DNA from: Candidatus Fraserbacteria bacterium
Lineage (GTDB): Bacteria > Bipolaricaulota > Bipolaricaulia > RBG-16-55-9
Reading direction: 5' to 3'
Length of the DNA stretch: 31,380 nt
Assembly: GCA_037442925.1 (NCBI GenBank)
Contig: JBBIPG010000022.1
Coordinates: 1 to 31,380, forward strand
This document shows, piece by piece, positions 1-7,697 of this stretch (the stretch's first letter is position 1; each line of letters starts with the position of its first letter). The position numbers and the translations under genes are program-made. The notes beneath the pieces are model-generated. The model was not told the origin of the DNA and made no database searches. It saw only the letters and a list, made by a program, of their open reading frames with translations.

Positions 1-59
1 TTTTTACATGAGGCAACGATCCCGTTTGGAGTACTTTTTTGATGAGGCAATTCGTAGTA

Positions 60-88
60 TTGATATTATGGCATGGAAGTGGTATAAT
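60..88 (+). promoter_or_regulatory. sigma70-type promoter of RHH gene
   Basis: TTGATA (60-65), 17 bp spacer, TGnTATAAT (80-88); GAGGAG SD near 98-103. Confidence 0.75.
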
Positions 89-114
89 ACCGTCCGAGAG
101 GAGAATCAGCCTGA

Positions 115-405
115 ATGACGCGGCATACAGCAAGCACTGAAAAAGTCACGCTTTCCTTCCCCAGCGATCTGGTAAGGAAAGTCAAGGAGAGGGCTCCGAA
201 AGGAGAGGTAAGCCGCTTTGTGGCGGAGGCAGTACGCGAAAAACTAGAGGCGGAAGAGCGAGCCAGACTGAGAGAAGAGCTGAAAGAGGGCTATCTGGCT
301 CGGGCTGCTGCACACAAAGAGTTGGCGCAAGAGTTCTACGAAGCAGAAGAGGAAGCGTACTCCAATTCCCTGCCATCCGCTAATCCGTTCTCTTTATCGC
401 GTTGA
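115..405 (+). CDS. ribbon-helix-helix (CopG-like) putative antitoxin, no adjacent cognate toxin
   Basis: N-terminal KVTLSFPSDL..VSRFVAEAVREKL RHH pattern; acidic helical C-terminus; last ~11 codons and stop lie inside the repeat at 370-410. Confidence 0.7.
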   Translation: MTRHTASTEKVTLSFPSDLVRKVKERAPKGEVSRFVAEAVREKLEAEERARLREELKEGYLARAAAHKELAQEFYEAEEEAYSNSLPSANPFSLSR

Positions 406-410
406 CAGAT
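370..410 (+). repeat. palindromic repeat family, single arm
   Basis: CTGCCATCCGCTAATCCGTTC-N9-CGTTGACAGAT; the 21-nt and 11-nt blocks are identical to the reverse complement of 1119-1158. Confidence 0.9.
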
Positions 411-448
411 CACTTGCTCCAACAGCTGCTTTCAATCCAAGAGAAAAG

Positions 449-718
449 TTAACGGTACGTCTTCTCCTTCCTCAAGCGGATCGAAACGATATACACGACC
501 TTCGCTTCATGGAGAAGAACAAGAAAGATGCGGTAACGTCCTACCGCTTTGCGATACACCCCTTTCCATTGCTTGCCTTTGAGGGGCTTCACGTTGCCGA
601 GGAGGGGATTCTCCTTCATCCGTTCTAGGGCACGCTTGATCATCGCTTGTTGATCGCGGGGGAGCCCTGCCAGTTGCTCCTCAGCCTCGGGGGAGAGGCG
701 AACGGTCCAGGACAGCAT
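449..718 (-). CDS. RelE/ParE-family toxin
   Basis: 89 aa basic protein, VRLSPEAEEQL..VKPLKG..YRKAVGRYRI motifs; ATG at 718, 8 nt after the antitoxin stop. Confidence 0.85.
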   Translation of the reverse strand: MLSWTVRLSPEAEEQLAGLPRDQQAMIKRALERMKENPLLGNVKPLKGKQWKGVYRKAVGRYRIFLVLLHEAKVVYIVSIRLRKEKTYR

Positions 719-726
719 GAAAGTGG

Positions 727-990
727 CTACAGTTTGAGTCTCTTCTTGAGTTCGTCCCAATCCACGTACTCGCCACGCTTGAGTTGTTCGAGCCCTCGCT
801 TGATGCTAGCCTCATCCTCAGGGGTGAGCACATCCTCGGAATCCACGACCTTCTTTGGCTTGATGAGCACGGCTCCTTTAGCTCGTTTCACTTCGACAAA
901 GTCTCCTTCGTGTAGATCCAACTCGTCGCAGATCTCTTTGGGGATCACGACTTGGCGGCGCTTGCCGAGCTTACCGATAGGCATTGCCAT
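727..990 (-). CDS. AbrB/MazE/SpoVT-family antitoxin
   Basis: RRQVVIPKEICDELDLHEGDFVEV swapped-hairpin motif; GAGGAGG SD directly upstream; upstream of RelE-like gene. Confidence 0.85.
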   Translation of the reverse strand: MAMPIGKLGKRRQVVIPKEICDELDLHEGDFVEVKRAKGAVLIKPKKVVDSEDVLTPEDEASIKRGLEQLKRGEYVDWDELKKRLKL

Positions 991-1026
991 CCTCCTCGAT
1001 TGTATGAGGTCTCATTCAGCATACAT

Positions 1027-1070
1027 TCTGACTATCAGATTTAGATTAGCAGGTTCACGCCGTATGTCAA
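1027..1070 (-). promoter_or_regulatory. promoter and putative operator of AbrB-RelE operon
   Basis: minus strand TTGACA-16 bp-TAATCT with extended TG; palindrome TCTGA-N3-TCAGA at 1027-1039. Confidence 0.6.
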
Positions 1071-1118
1071 GGGCGATGGGACCTGGTACCTCTCTAGTTT
1101 GGATGCTTCTTGGCGGGA

Positions 1119-1201
1119 ATCTGTCAACGGATGAGAGGAACGGATTAGCGGATGGCAGTGAGCTGCACGATCCGTTAATCCGCTTGCTATCCGTTGACAG
1201 A
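1119..1201. repeat. ~83-bp imperfect palindrome (complete hairpin copy of the repeat family)
   Basis: TCTGTCAACGGAT (1120-1132) pairs perfectly with ATCCGTTGACAGA (1189-1201); inner AACGGATTAGCGGAT pairs with ATCCGTTAATCCGCT; GCAG/CTGC at the loop. Confidence 0.9.
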
Positions 1202-1206
1202 CCCCC

Positions 1207-1235
1207 TTGACAAGTATACTTTTGTATGCTATACT
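1207..1235 (+). promoter_or_regulatory. lexA-recA promoter with palindromic putative SOS box in the spacer
   Basis: TTGACA (1207-1212), 17 bp, TGnTATACT; AGTATAC-N4-GTATGCT at 1213-1230. Confidence 0.75.
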
Positions 1236-1245
1236 TATGTTCGCA

Positions 1246-1881
1246 ATGAACAGAGAGCTGACGGAGAAACAGCGTGAGATTTTGAAATTCATCGTCGATC
1301 GCATCGAGGAGCGGGGAGCCCCGCCGACGATGAGGGAGATCGCAGGGCGATTTGGGTTTGCCTCGCCCGCCAGCGTCAAGGGCCATCTGGAAGCTTTGGA
1401 GAAGAAGGGCTTCATCCAGAGGCGTGAGTGGACGGCCCGCGGGATCGAGCTGGTCAAGGAGCGCATTGGAAGACTCTTCTGGGAGCGCGAGGGGATTCCG
1501 CTGGTGGGGCGGGTCGCCGCCGGACAGCCCATCTTGGCCGAGGAGAACATCGAAGAGGTGCTCAAGCTCGAAGGTCTCTTCCCTGTGGATCAGGGGTTAT
1601 TCGCGTTGCGCGTTAAGGGCGATAGCATGTTGGAAGCGGGCATCTTGGAGGGAGACATCTTGATTGTGCGCCCGCAGCCCACAGCGGAGATCGGCGATAT
1701 CGTCGTGGCCATTTTGGGAGAGGAAGGGACGGTGAAGCGCTTCGGCCGAGCCGGAGATCATATTCGCCTGGAGCCGGCCAATAGAAACTACTTGCCGATC
1801 GTCACGCGCGAGGCCCGCATTGTGGGCGTCGTCGTGGGGGTTATCCGTCGCCTACGTTCCAAGCTCAGCACTCATCATTAA
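1246..1881 (+). CDS. lexA: SOS repressor LexA
   Basis: [16 protein letters not shown] w[15 protein letters not shown]la-Gly cleavage site, GDSM Ser nucleophile, TVKR Lys; start moved to ATG 1246 because the promoter overlaps the longer ORF. Confidence 0.97.
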   Translation: MNRELTEKQREILKFIVDRIEERGAPPTMREIAGRFGFASPASVKGHLEALEKKGFIQRREWTARGIELVKERIGRLFWEREGIPLVGRVAAGQPILAEENIEEVLKLEGLFPVDQGLFALRVKGDSMLEAGILEGDILIVRPQPTAEIGDIVVAILGEEGTVKRFGRAGDHIRLEPANRNYLPIVTREARIVGVVVGVIRRLRSKLSTHH

Positions 1882-1897
1882 AGGAGGAATTCATTGT

Positions 1898-2989
1898 ATG
1901 GGCAAAGCAGAAGTGTTGCAGGGCGTACTCGATCAGATTCGCAAGCGCTATGGGGAAGGTTCCATCATGTGGCTGGGGGAGTCCGGTCGTCTCGACGTGG
2001 AGACGATGCCCACCGGTTCCTTGGGGTTGGACATCGCTCTAGGGATCGGAGGTGTGCCCCGAGGGCGCATGGTGGAGATCTTCGGCCCGGAGTCTTCCGG
2101 CAAGACCACCTTGGCGCTGCATCTCATTGCCGAAGCCCAGAAACGGGGAGGGACGGCAGCCTTCGTGGACGCCGAGCACGCGCTCGATCCCAATTATGCG
2201 CGGGCGATTGGCATCGATCTCGATCAACTCTTGCTCAGCCAGCCCAACTCCGGCGAGCAGGCTCTAGAGATCACGGAACAGCTCGTCCGCAGCGGGGCTG
2301 TCGATATGGTCGTCATCGACTCGGTGGCTGCTCTGGTTCCGGAGGCCGAGATCGCCGGGGCCATGGGAGATGCGCAAGTGGGTCTGCAAGCGCGTCTCAT
2401 GAGCCAGGCGATGCGCAAGCTCACAAGTGCCGTCGGGACTTCCAAGACCACGGTCGTCTTCATCAATCAGATCCGTTCCATGATCAGTTCTGGGCCTTGG
2501 GGTCCCTCGACGACCACGACCGGGGGGCTGGCTCTCAAGTTCTATGCCTCGCTGCGCTTGGAGATCCGTCGGATCGGGAGCGTCGAAGACGGAGCTGGCA
2601 ACGACAAGCTCAAAATCGGCAACGAGACGATCATCAAGGTCGTCAAGAACAAGCTGGCTCCTCCGTTCCGTGAGGCCAAGGTGGACATCATCTATGGCAA
2701 GGGGATCGTCCGCTCGCGGGAGCTGGTCCACTTGGGTGAAGAGCTAGGCATCATCAAGAAGAGCGGGGCGTGGTATTCATTTGATGGCACTCAGCTCGGG
2801 CAGGGACTCGCGAACACCGCGGCATTTCTCGAGGAGAAGCCCGACATTGCTGCTCAAATCGAGCGAGCCATCCGAGAGAAGACCGGATTGACCCGCTCAG
2901 AGCCCAGCTCTAACGGCAAGGAAGCAAAACCCGAAATGAAAGCGGAGGCCCAGCCCAAGCGCGGCAAGGCCGCTGCTACCGTGGCATGA
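1898..2989 (+). CDS. recA: recombinase RecA
   Basis: GPESSGKTT Walker [44 protein letters not shown] before ATG 1898. Confidence 0.99.
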   Translation: MGKAEVLQGVLDQIRKRYGEGSIMWLGESGRLDVETMPTGSLGLDIALGIGGVPRGRMVEIFGPESSGKTTLALHLIAEAQKRGGTAAFVDAEHALDPNYARAIGIDLDQLLLSQPNSGEQALEITEQLVRSGAVDMVVIDSVAALVPEAEIAGAMGDAQVGLQARLMSQAMRKLTSAVGTSKTTVVFINQIRSMISSGPWGPSTTTTGGLALKFYASLRLEIRRIGSVEDGAGNDKLKIGNETIIKVVKNKLAPPFREAKVDIIYGKGIVRSRELVHLGEELGIIKKSGAWYSFDGTQLGQGLANTAAFLEEKPDIAAQIERAIREKTGLTRSEPSSNGKEAKPEMKAEAQPKRGKAAATVA

Positions 2990-3013
2990 GCAATAATATA
3001 AGAGAGGGCTAGG

Positions 3014-3087
3014 AGGCAGGAGTGGGGAGCAATTCAGCGCGGAAGGAGGTTCATCCCCCACAAAGATAGAGCTTCCTACTCCTGCCT
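3014..3087. repeat. 17-bp inverted repeat with 40-nt loop downstream of recA
   Basis: AGGCAGGAGTGGGGAGC (3014-3030) / GCTTCCTACTCCTGCCT (3071-3087); 15 Watson-Crick and 2 G-U pairs on the + strand RNA. Confidence 0.7.
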
Positions 3088-3099
3088 TGGACCATCTGT

Positions 3100-3132
3100 C
3101 TGCCAACGGATGGTTTCATCTGCTAATCCGCT
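3100..3132. repeat. degenerate, internally deleted copy of the palindromic repeat family
   Basis: CTGCCAACGGATGG resembles CTGTCAACGGATGA; CATCTGCTAATCCGCT resembles CATCCGCTAATCCGTT. Confidence 0.55.
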
Positions 3133-3195
3133 CATGCAGGCCATGCCCGCCTGGGCAGGGAAGTAATCCAATGATCGCGCAAGGAGGTAGCTGAC

Positions 3196-3660
3196 ATGCC
3201 GGACACAAAGCAACTAGCTCAGCAGGTCGCGTGGGTGGCAGGTGGTCTCGTGAGCGGGATTTCCTTTGTTCCCAAGGAGAAGCGGAGTTGGAAACCAGCC
3301 GCGACATCACGCAGTGCTCAGGACATTTTGGCCCATGCCACGTATTGGAACCTGTACTTTACGCGGTTCCTACGCGGCGAAGGGGCGTGGGATGTGGCTG
3401 AAGATGCATGGACGCGCTCGACCAAAGAACTTAAAGACTCGGAGCAGGCCCAGAAGCTGACAGAGAAGAGCAATAGAGAATTCGTGGCTGCCATTGAGAA
3501 GTTGTCCACTAAGGATCTAGAGAAGGAAGTGGAGCTACCTTGGGGCCAGCGGACGCTCTATCAGGTCATCCTCGATAACTTCTGGCACATCACATATCAC
3601 GTGGGGCAGCTCAATTACATTCAGACGCAGCTGGGCGACACGGAGGATCATAGTTTATAG
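3196..3660 (+). CDS. DinB/YfiT-family putative metalloprotein
   Basis: RSAQDILAH and HITYHVGQL His motifs; AAGGAGG SD. Confidence 0.85.
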   Translation: MPDTKQLAQQVAWVAGGLVSGISFVPKEKRSWKPAATSRSAQDILAHATYWNLYFTRFLRGEGAWDVAEDAWTRSTKELKDSEQAQKLTEKSNREFVAAIEKLSTKDLEKEVELPWGQRTLYQVILDNFWHITYHVGQLNYIQTQLGDTEDHSL

Positions 3661-3674
3661 AACCTCTCACCAAA

Positions 3675-3728
3675 TGATGTGGGGCTTCCTCTCCCCGCAC
3701 GGGCGCACACGAGCGAAGCCCCACATCA
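3675..3728. repeat. perfect 14-bp inverted repeat between convergent genes (REP-like or terminator)
   Basis: TGATGTGGGGCTTC (3675-3688) / GAAGCCCCACATCA (3715-3728), 26-nt loop, no U-tract. Confidence 0.75.
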
Positions 3729-3802
3729 CCTTCCAGCGAAGAGCCCATCAAAGTTGTATGATAATGACCGCCAATGAGCAAATCCCTTCACTATCCATCA
3801 GG

Positions 3803-5638
3803 TCAGCTCTTGAGAGCCTTCAAGATTCGCTGGGCCAAAGGGCGAGGTAGACCGGGAACCTCCAGCAACTCCTCTAGGCACGCCTCTTGAATCTTCTTCA
3901 CCGAGCCAAAGCGCTGGATTAAGAGCTTCTTGCGTGTAGGGCCAAGACCGGGGATGTCATCTAAGAGGGATTTCACAGTGCGCTTCTGGCGCAATGTGCG
4001 ATGATATGCCAAGGCAAAGCGATGGGCCTCATCGCGCACGCGCTGGAGGAGCTGCAAGGCGGGCGAGCTGCGGGGCAAGACGATGGGCTCATCTCTGCCT
4101 TCTGTAAAGATGTGCTCGAACTCCTTGGCCAGCGCCAGTGTGGGAATCTTCTCCAGCCTCAACTCTCTCATCACCTGACAGGCAGCAGCCAGCTGACCCT
4201 TCCCGCCGTCGATGAGGATGAGATCGGGGAAGGGCAGAAACCGCTTGTCGCCTGCCAGCGCACGCTCCAGCCGTCGACGTATGATCTCGGCCATCATGGC
4301 GAAATCATCCGGGCCTTGCACGCTCGTAATTCCAAAGCGGCGATACTCTGACTTCTTGGGTTGGCCATCCTCGAAGACAACCATAGATCCAACAGGATCG
4401 GCGCCCTGAATGTTCGAGATATCAAAGCCCTCAATCCTTCGGGGGCAAGAAGCCCACGGCAAGATCTTCTGGAGTTCTTGTAGCACCTCTTCGCCCTCTG
4501 CCGGCTGCTGTCTTTGACATGACTCTTCTTCTTTGAGTGCCAGCTCTGCATTTCGTAGAACCATCTTGACGAGATGGCTCTTGGACCCGCGCTGGGGGAC
4601 GATCAACCGCACGCGGCTTCCGCGGCGTTCGCTGAGCCAGCCCTCGATCATAGAACTCTCTTCGATCTCTCGCTGTAGCAGGATCTCTTTGGGAATGAAC
4701 GCAGCGCTTGCGTAGTATTGCTTGACGAACGCTGTGAGAATCTCTTTCAGGTCAGCGGAACCCGCTGTCTCTACCCAGAACTGCTCACGTCCTACCAACT
4801 TCCCACCTCGGATGAAGAAGACCTGAACCGAACAGAGATCATTTTCTTGATAGACCCCGATGGCATCACGATCCATCCCCTTGGGATCGACGGCCTTTCG
4901 CGCACTCAGCAGGCGTTCGAGCCTGTGGATGCGATCGCGGAGCCGAGCAGCCCTCTCGAACTCGAGTCTTTGAGATGCCTCTTCCATCTCTTGTTGCAGC
5001 TGGGGCAAGAGCTGTTCATGCTGGCCGCCTAAGAAGAGGGCGGCCTGCTCAACGAGAGACCTGTAGGAACCCGGATCAATCCATCCTACGCAGGGGGCAT
5101 CGCAAAGCCCAATATAGTGATCGAGGCAGGGACGCTGACGTAGAGGCTTATCGCGAATGTCGAGGGTGCAGGTCCTGATGCGGAAGATCTGCTGAATCAC
5201 ACGGCTCGCTTCGCGCATGGCAAATGTGTTCGTATAGGGCCCAAAGTATCGTGCGCCGCGTTGCACGTCCTTCTCGATGCGGCGCTCGATCACAAGACGC
5301 GGGAATTTCTCTGCCGTCAGCTTCAGATACGGATAGCGTTTGTCGTCGCGGAGTCTCACATTGAAGCGCGGCTGATGTTTCTTGATCAATGTGTCTTCGA
5401 GGATCAGCGCTTCGCGCTCGGAAGGGGTTGCGATGAACTCGAAATCCGCGATCTCATTCACCAGGCTGCGCCTCTTATGATCGAGATGGCGTGAGGCGTG
5501 AAAATACGAGCGGACCCTATTGCGCAGCGAAGAAGCCTTGCCTACGTAGAGGATGTCTCCGTGGGCGTCCTTCATGAGATAGACGCCCGGCTCGGCAGGC
5601 AGGAGCTTCAGTCTTTGACGGAGGTTGGGCATGTCCAC
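3803..5638 (-). CDS. uvrC: excinuclease ABC subunit C
   Basis: GVYLM..LYVGKA GIY-YIG, Cys-rich region, UVR domain, EGFDISN and DGGKGQ RNaseH-like domain, C-terminal HhH. Confidence 0.98.
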   Translation of the reverse strand: MDMPNLRQRLKLLPAEPGVYLMKDAHGDILYVGKASSLRNRVRSYFHASRHLDHKRRSLVNEIADFEFIATPSEREALILEDTLIKKHQPRFNVRLRDDKRYPYLKLTAEKFPRLVIERRIEKDVQRGARYFGPYTNTFAMREASRVIQQIFRIRTCTLDIRDKPLRQRPCLDHYIGLCDAPCVGWIDPGSYRSLVEQAALFLGGQHEQLLPQLQQEMEEASQRLEFERAARLRDRIHRLERLLSARKAVDPKGMDRDAIGVYQENDLCSVQVFFIRGGKLVGREQFWVETAGSADLKEILTAFVKQYYASAAFIPKEILLQREIEESSMIEGWLSERRGSRVRLIVPQRGSKSHLVKMVLRNAELALKEEESCQRQQPAEGEEVLQELQKILPWASCPRRIEGFDISNIQGADPVGSMVVFEDGQPKKSEYRRFGITSVQGPDDFAMMAEIIRRRLERALAGDKRFLPFPDLILIDGGKGQLAAACQVMRELRLEKIPTLALAKEFEHIFTEGRDEPIVLPRSSPALQLLQRVRDEAHRFALAYHRTLRQKRTVKSLLDDIPGLGPTRKKLLIQRFGSVKKIQEACLEELLEVPGLPRPLAQRILKALKS

Positions 5639-5655
5639 TCCCAGCTCAACACATT

Positions 5656-7683
5656 CTACTTTCGCGTGGGGTTAAGATGTTGATCGAGCCAATCGCCGAT
5701 GCGTTGCAGGCGATCCAGACGTAGATCCGGAGGACCCATGCGCGAGAGGCCGTGGCTGGTCTCTTGCGGGTAGCGCACAAATACGACTTCCTTCTTCAGT
5801 CGCTTGAGTGCCGTAAAGAGCTGCTCGGCCTGCTCGATGGGGCACCTCAAATCTCCTTCACTGTGGATGATCAGCACAGGCGTCTTGACGTTGGCCACAT
5901 AGCTGAGCGGTGATTGCTGCAAGAGTTTCTGGGGTTGTGCCCAAGGATTCCCGGCCCAGTAGCCATCAGAACTGAATGCGAAGTCGCACGTCCCGAACAT
6001 GCTTTGCATGTTCACAACGCTACGATCGGTGACCGCACACCGGAAGCGATCTGTATGGCCGATGATCCAGTTCGTCATGTACCCGCCGTAGCTGCCTCCA
6101 GCCACGGCCAGCCGCTTATTGTCTATAAAGGGCAGTTTGATGGCGTGGTCTACGGCAGCCATCAAGTCTTTATAATCAACGTTGCCCCAATCTCCGCGGA
6201 TGCAGCGGGCGAAATCTTCCGAGTAGCCCATGCTGCCGCGCGGATTCGTGTAGAGCACCACATAGCCGCGGGCGGCGTGCCACTGGAACTCGTGGAAGAA
6301 GGTGTTGCCGTACTGTGCGTGCGGCCCACCGTGGATGTAGAGCAGCAAGGGGTATCTCCGCTTGGGGTTGAAGTCGGGTGGCTTGAGCAGCCAGCCTTGG
6401 ATCTTCTCGCCATCGAAGCTCTTGACCCAAAGCTCCTCTGGCACGCTCAGCTTCACTTGGTCAAGCCAGTCACGATTAAACTGTGTGAGCTGTTTGAGTG
6501 CAACGTGCTTTGTCTTCCCCATTTGTAGAGTGCCTACATACAGCTCTGCCAGCTGAGTGGGGCGCGCCAGGGTCATCGCGAACGTTGTGCCCTTACGATC
6601 GGCGCTCACGGACGTGAGCTCAAAGGCACCTTCCATCAACGCAACGGGTTTTCTGTCTTTGAGGGACACGCCGTACAAGTGGCAGCTGCCGCAATCGCTC
6701 ACGGGGAAATACACATACGCGCTATCGGCGGACCAGATGGGGTCTACGCTCTCGGCGTGAGCCTCGCGTGCGTCGCTGAGCGTCTGGTTTCCCACCGTGC
6801 GGTCAAGAGACTCTGTCAAGCAGCGGGCGTCGCCACCTTTGGGGGAGACAAGCCAGATCCGATCATGGCGCGGGACCCAGGGGTCTTCCTCGCTCTCTTG
6901 GCCGGTGTAGGCAATCCAACGACCATCCGGGGACCAAGACAGACCGCTCTTGTAGCCGGGAGGTGTCTCAATGTTATGGAGCTTCCCACCTTGAGATGAG
7001 ATCCACCAGATGTCCATCTTGTAGGGCGTCTCATCAGGATCATCGCTACGGTTCGAGATGAAGGCAATTCTCTTGCCATCGGGCGACCAACTGGGATGCT
7101 CGTCGTCGTAGTCGCCGTCCGTGAGTGGCTTGGCTTCTCCCGTCTTTGCACTGCAGATCCAGATGTGCTGACGGGTATCTATGAAACCGGCACCATCCAG
7201 CTTGTACCACAGGCGGGTGATCAGGCGGGGTGGATTGGATTTGCCCGATTCCTCTCTCTTCTTGCGAGCCTCTTGCGTCCAATCGGGATGGCTGGGCCGA
7301 AAGCAGAACGCGAGTTTCTTGCCATCGGGCGACCACGCGAGTGAGCTGATGCCTCCTTGGTCGAGCCGCGTCAGAGGACGAGCTTCTCCACCGTCTATAG
7401 GCATGACCCAGATCTGTGACCGTTTCTCGTGGGTGCGAAGGAACGCGATCTGCTTTCCGTCGGGAGACCAGCGCGGATTGCCATCGGCCACCTCGCCGAA
7501 CGTGAACTGCCTCGTGGCTCGACTCTTGAGATCAACGAGCCAAAGGTGCGACCAGTACTTGTTCTTCTCTTTGTCAATCACTTTGAGAACCAGAACCGCC
7601 CGTCGTCCATCGGGGCTGAGCTGGGCATCGCCAGCGAACTGAAACTCCAGCAAGTCCTCGTGCGTCGCTAGACGCTTTGGCAT
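5656..7683 (-). CDS. S9-family peptidase (acylaminoacyl/dipeptidyl aminopeptidase)
   Basis: WSPDG propeller repeats, HGGP, GGSYGG nucleophile, DLRC, SHGLSR. Confidence 0.95.
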   Translation of the reverse strand: MPKRLATHEDLLEFQFAGDAQLSPDGRRAVLVLKVIDKEKNKYWSHLWLVDLKSRATRQFTFGEVADGNPRWSPDGKQIAFLRTHEKRSQIWVMPIDGGEARPLTRLDQGGISSLAWSPDGKKLAFCFRPSHPDWTQEARKKREESGKSNPPRLITRLWYKLDGAGFIDTRQHIWICSAKTGEAKPLTDGDYDDEHPSWSPDGKRIAFISNRSDDPDETPYKMDIWWISSQGGKLHNIETPPGYKSGLSWSPDGRWIAYTGQESEEDPWVPRHDRIWLVSPKGGDARCLTESLDRTVGNQTLSDAREAHAESVDPIWSADSAYVYFPVSDCGSCHLYGVSLKDRKPVALMEGAFELTSVSADRKGTTFAMTLARPTQLAELYVGTLQMGKTKHVALKQLTQFNRDWLDQVKLSVPEELWVKSFDGEKIQGWLLKPPDFNPKRRYPLLLYIHGGPHAQYGNTFFHEFQWHAARGYVVLYTNPRGSMGYSEDFARCIRGDWGNVDYKDLMAAVDHAIKLPFIDNKRLAVAGGSYGGYMTNWIIGHTDRFRCAVTDRSVVNMQSMFGTCDFAFSSDGYWAGNPWAQPQKLLQQSPLSYVANVKTPVLIIHSEGDLRCPIEQAEQLFTALKRLKKEVVFVRYPQETSHGLSRMGPPDLRLDRLQRIGDWLDQHLNPTRK

Positions 7684-7697
7684 GAAACCTTCCTCCT

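Noticed and set aside
8..50. ATGAGGCAA direct repeat at 8 and 42
   Set aside because: Only 9 bp and at the window edge; cannot be interpreted.
370..1158. Autonomous IS or composite transposon
   Set aside because: No transposase, and no target-site duplication seen outside the arms.
647..1565. ORFs 647..1210, 1012..1386 and 1041..1565; shared LPSANPF peptide
   Set aside because: Shadows of the TA genes and lexA; the shared peptide only reflects the DNA repeat.
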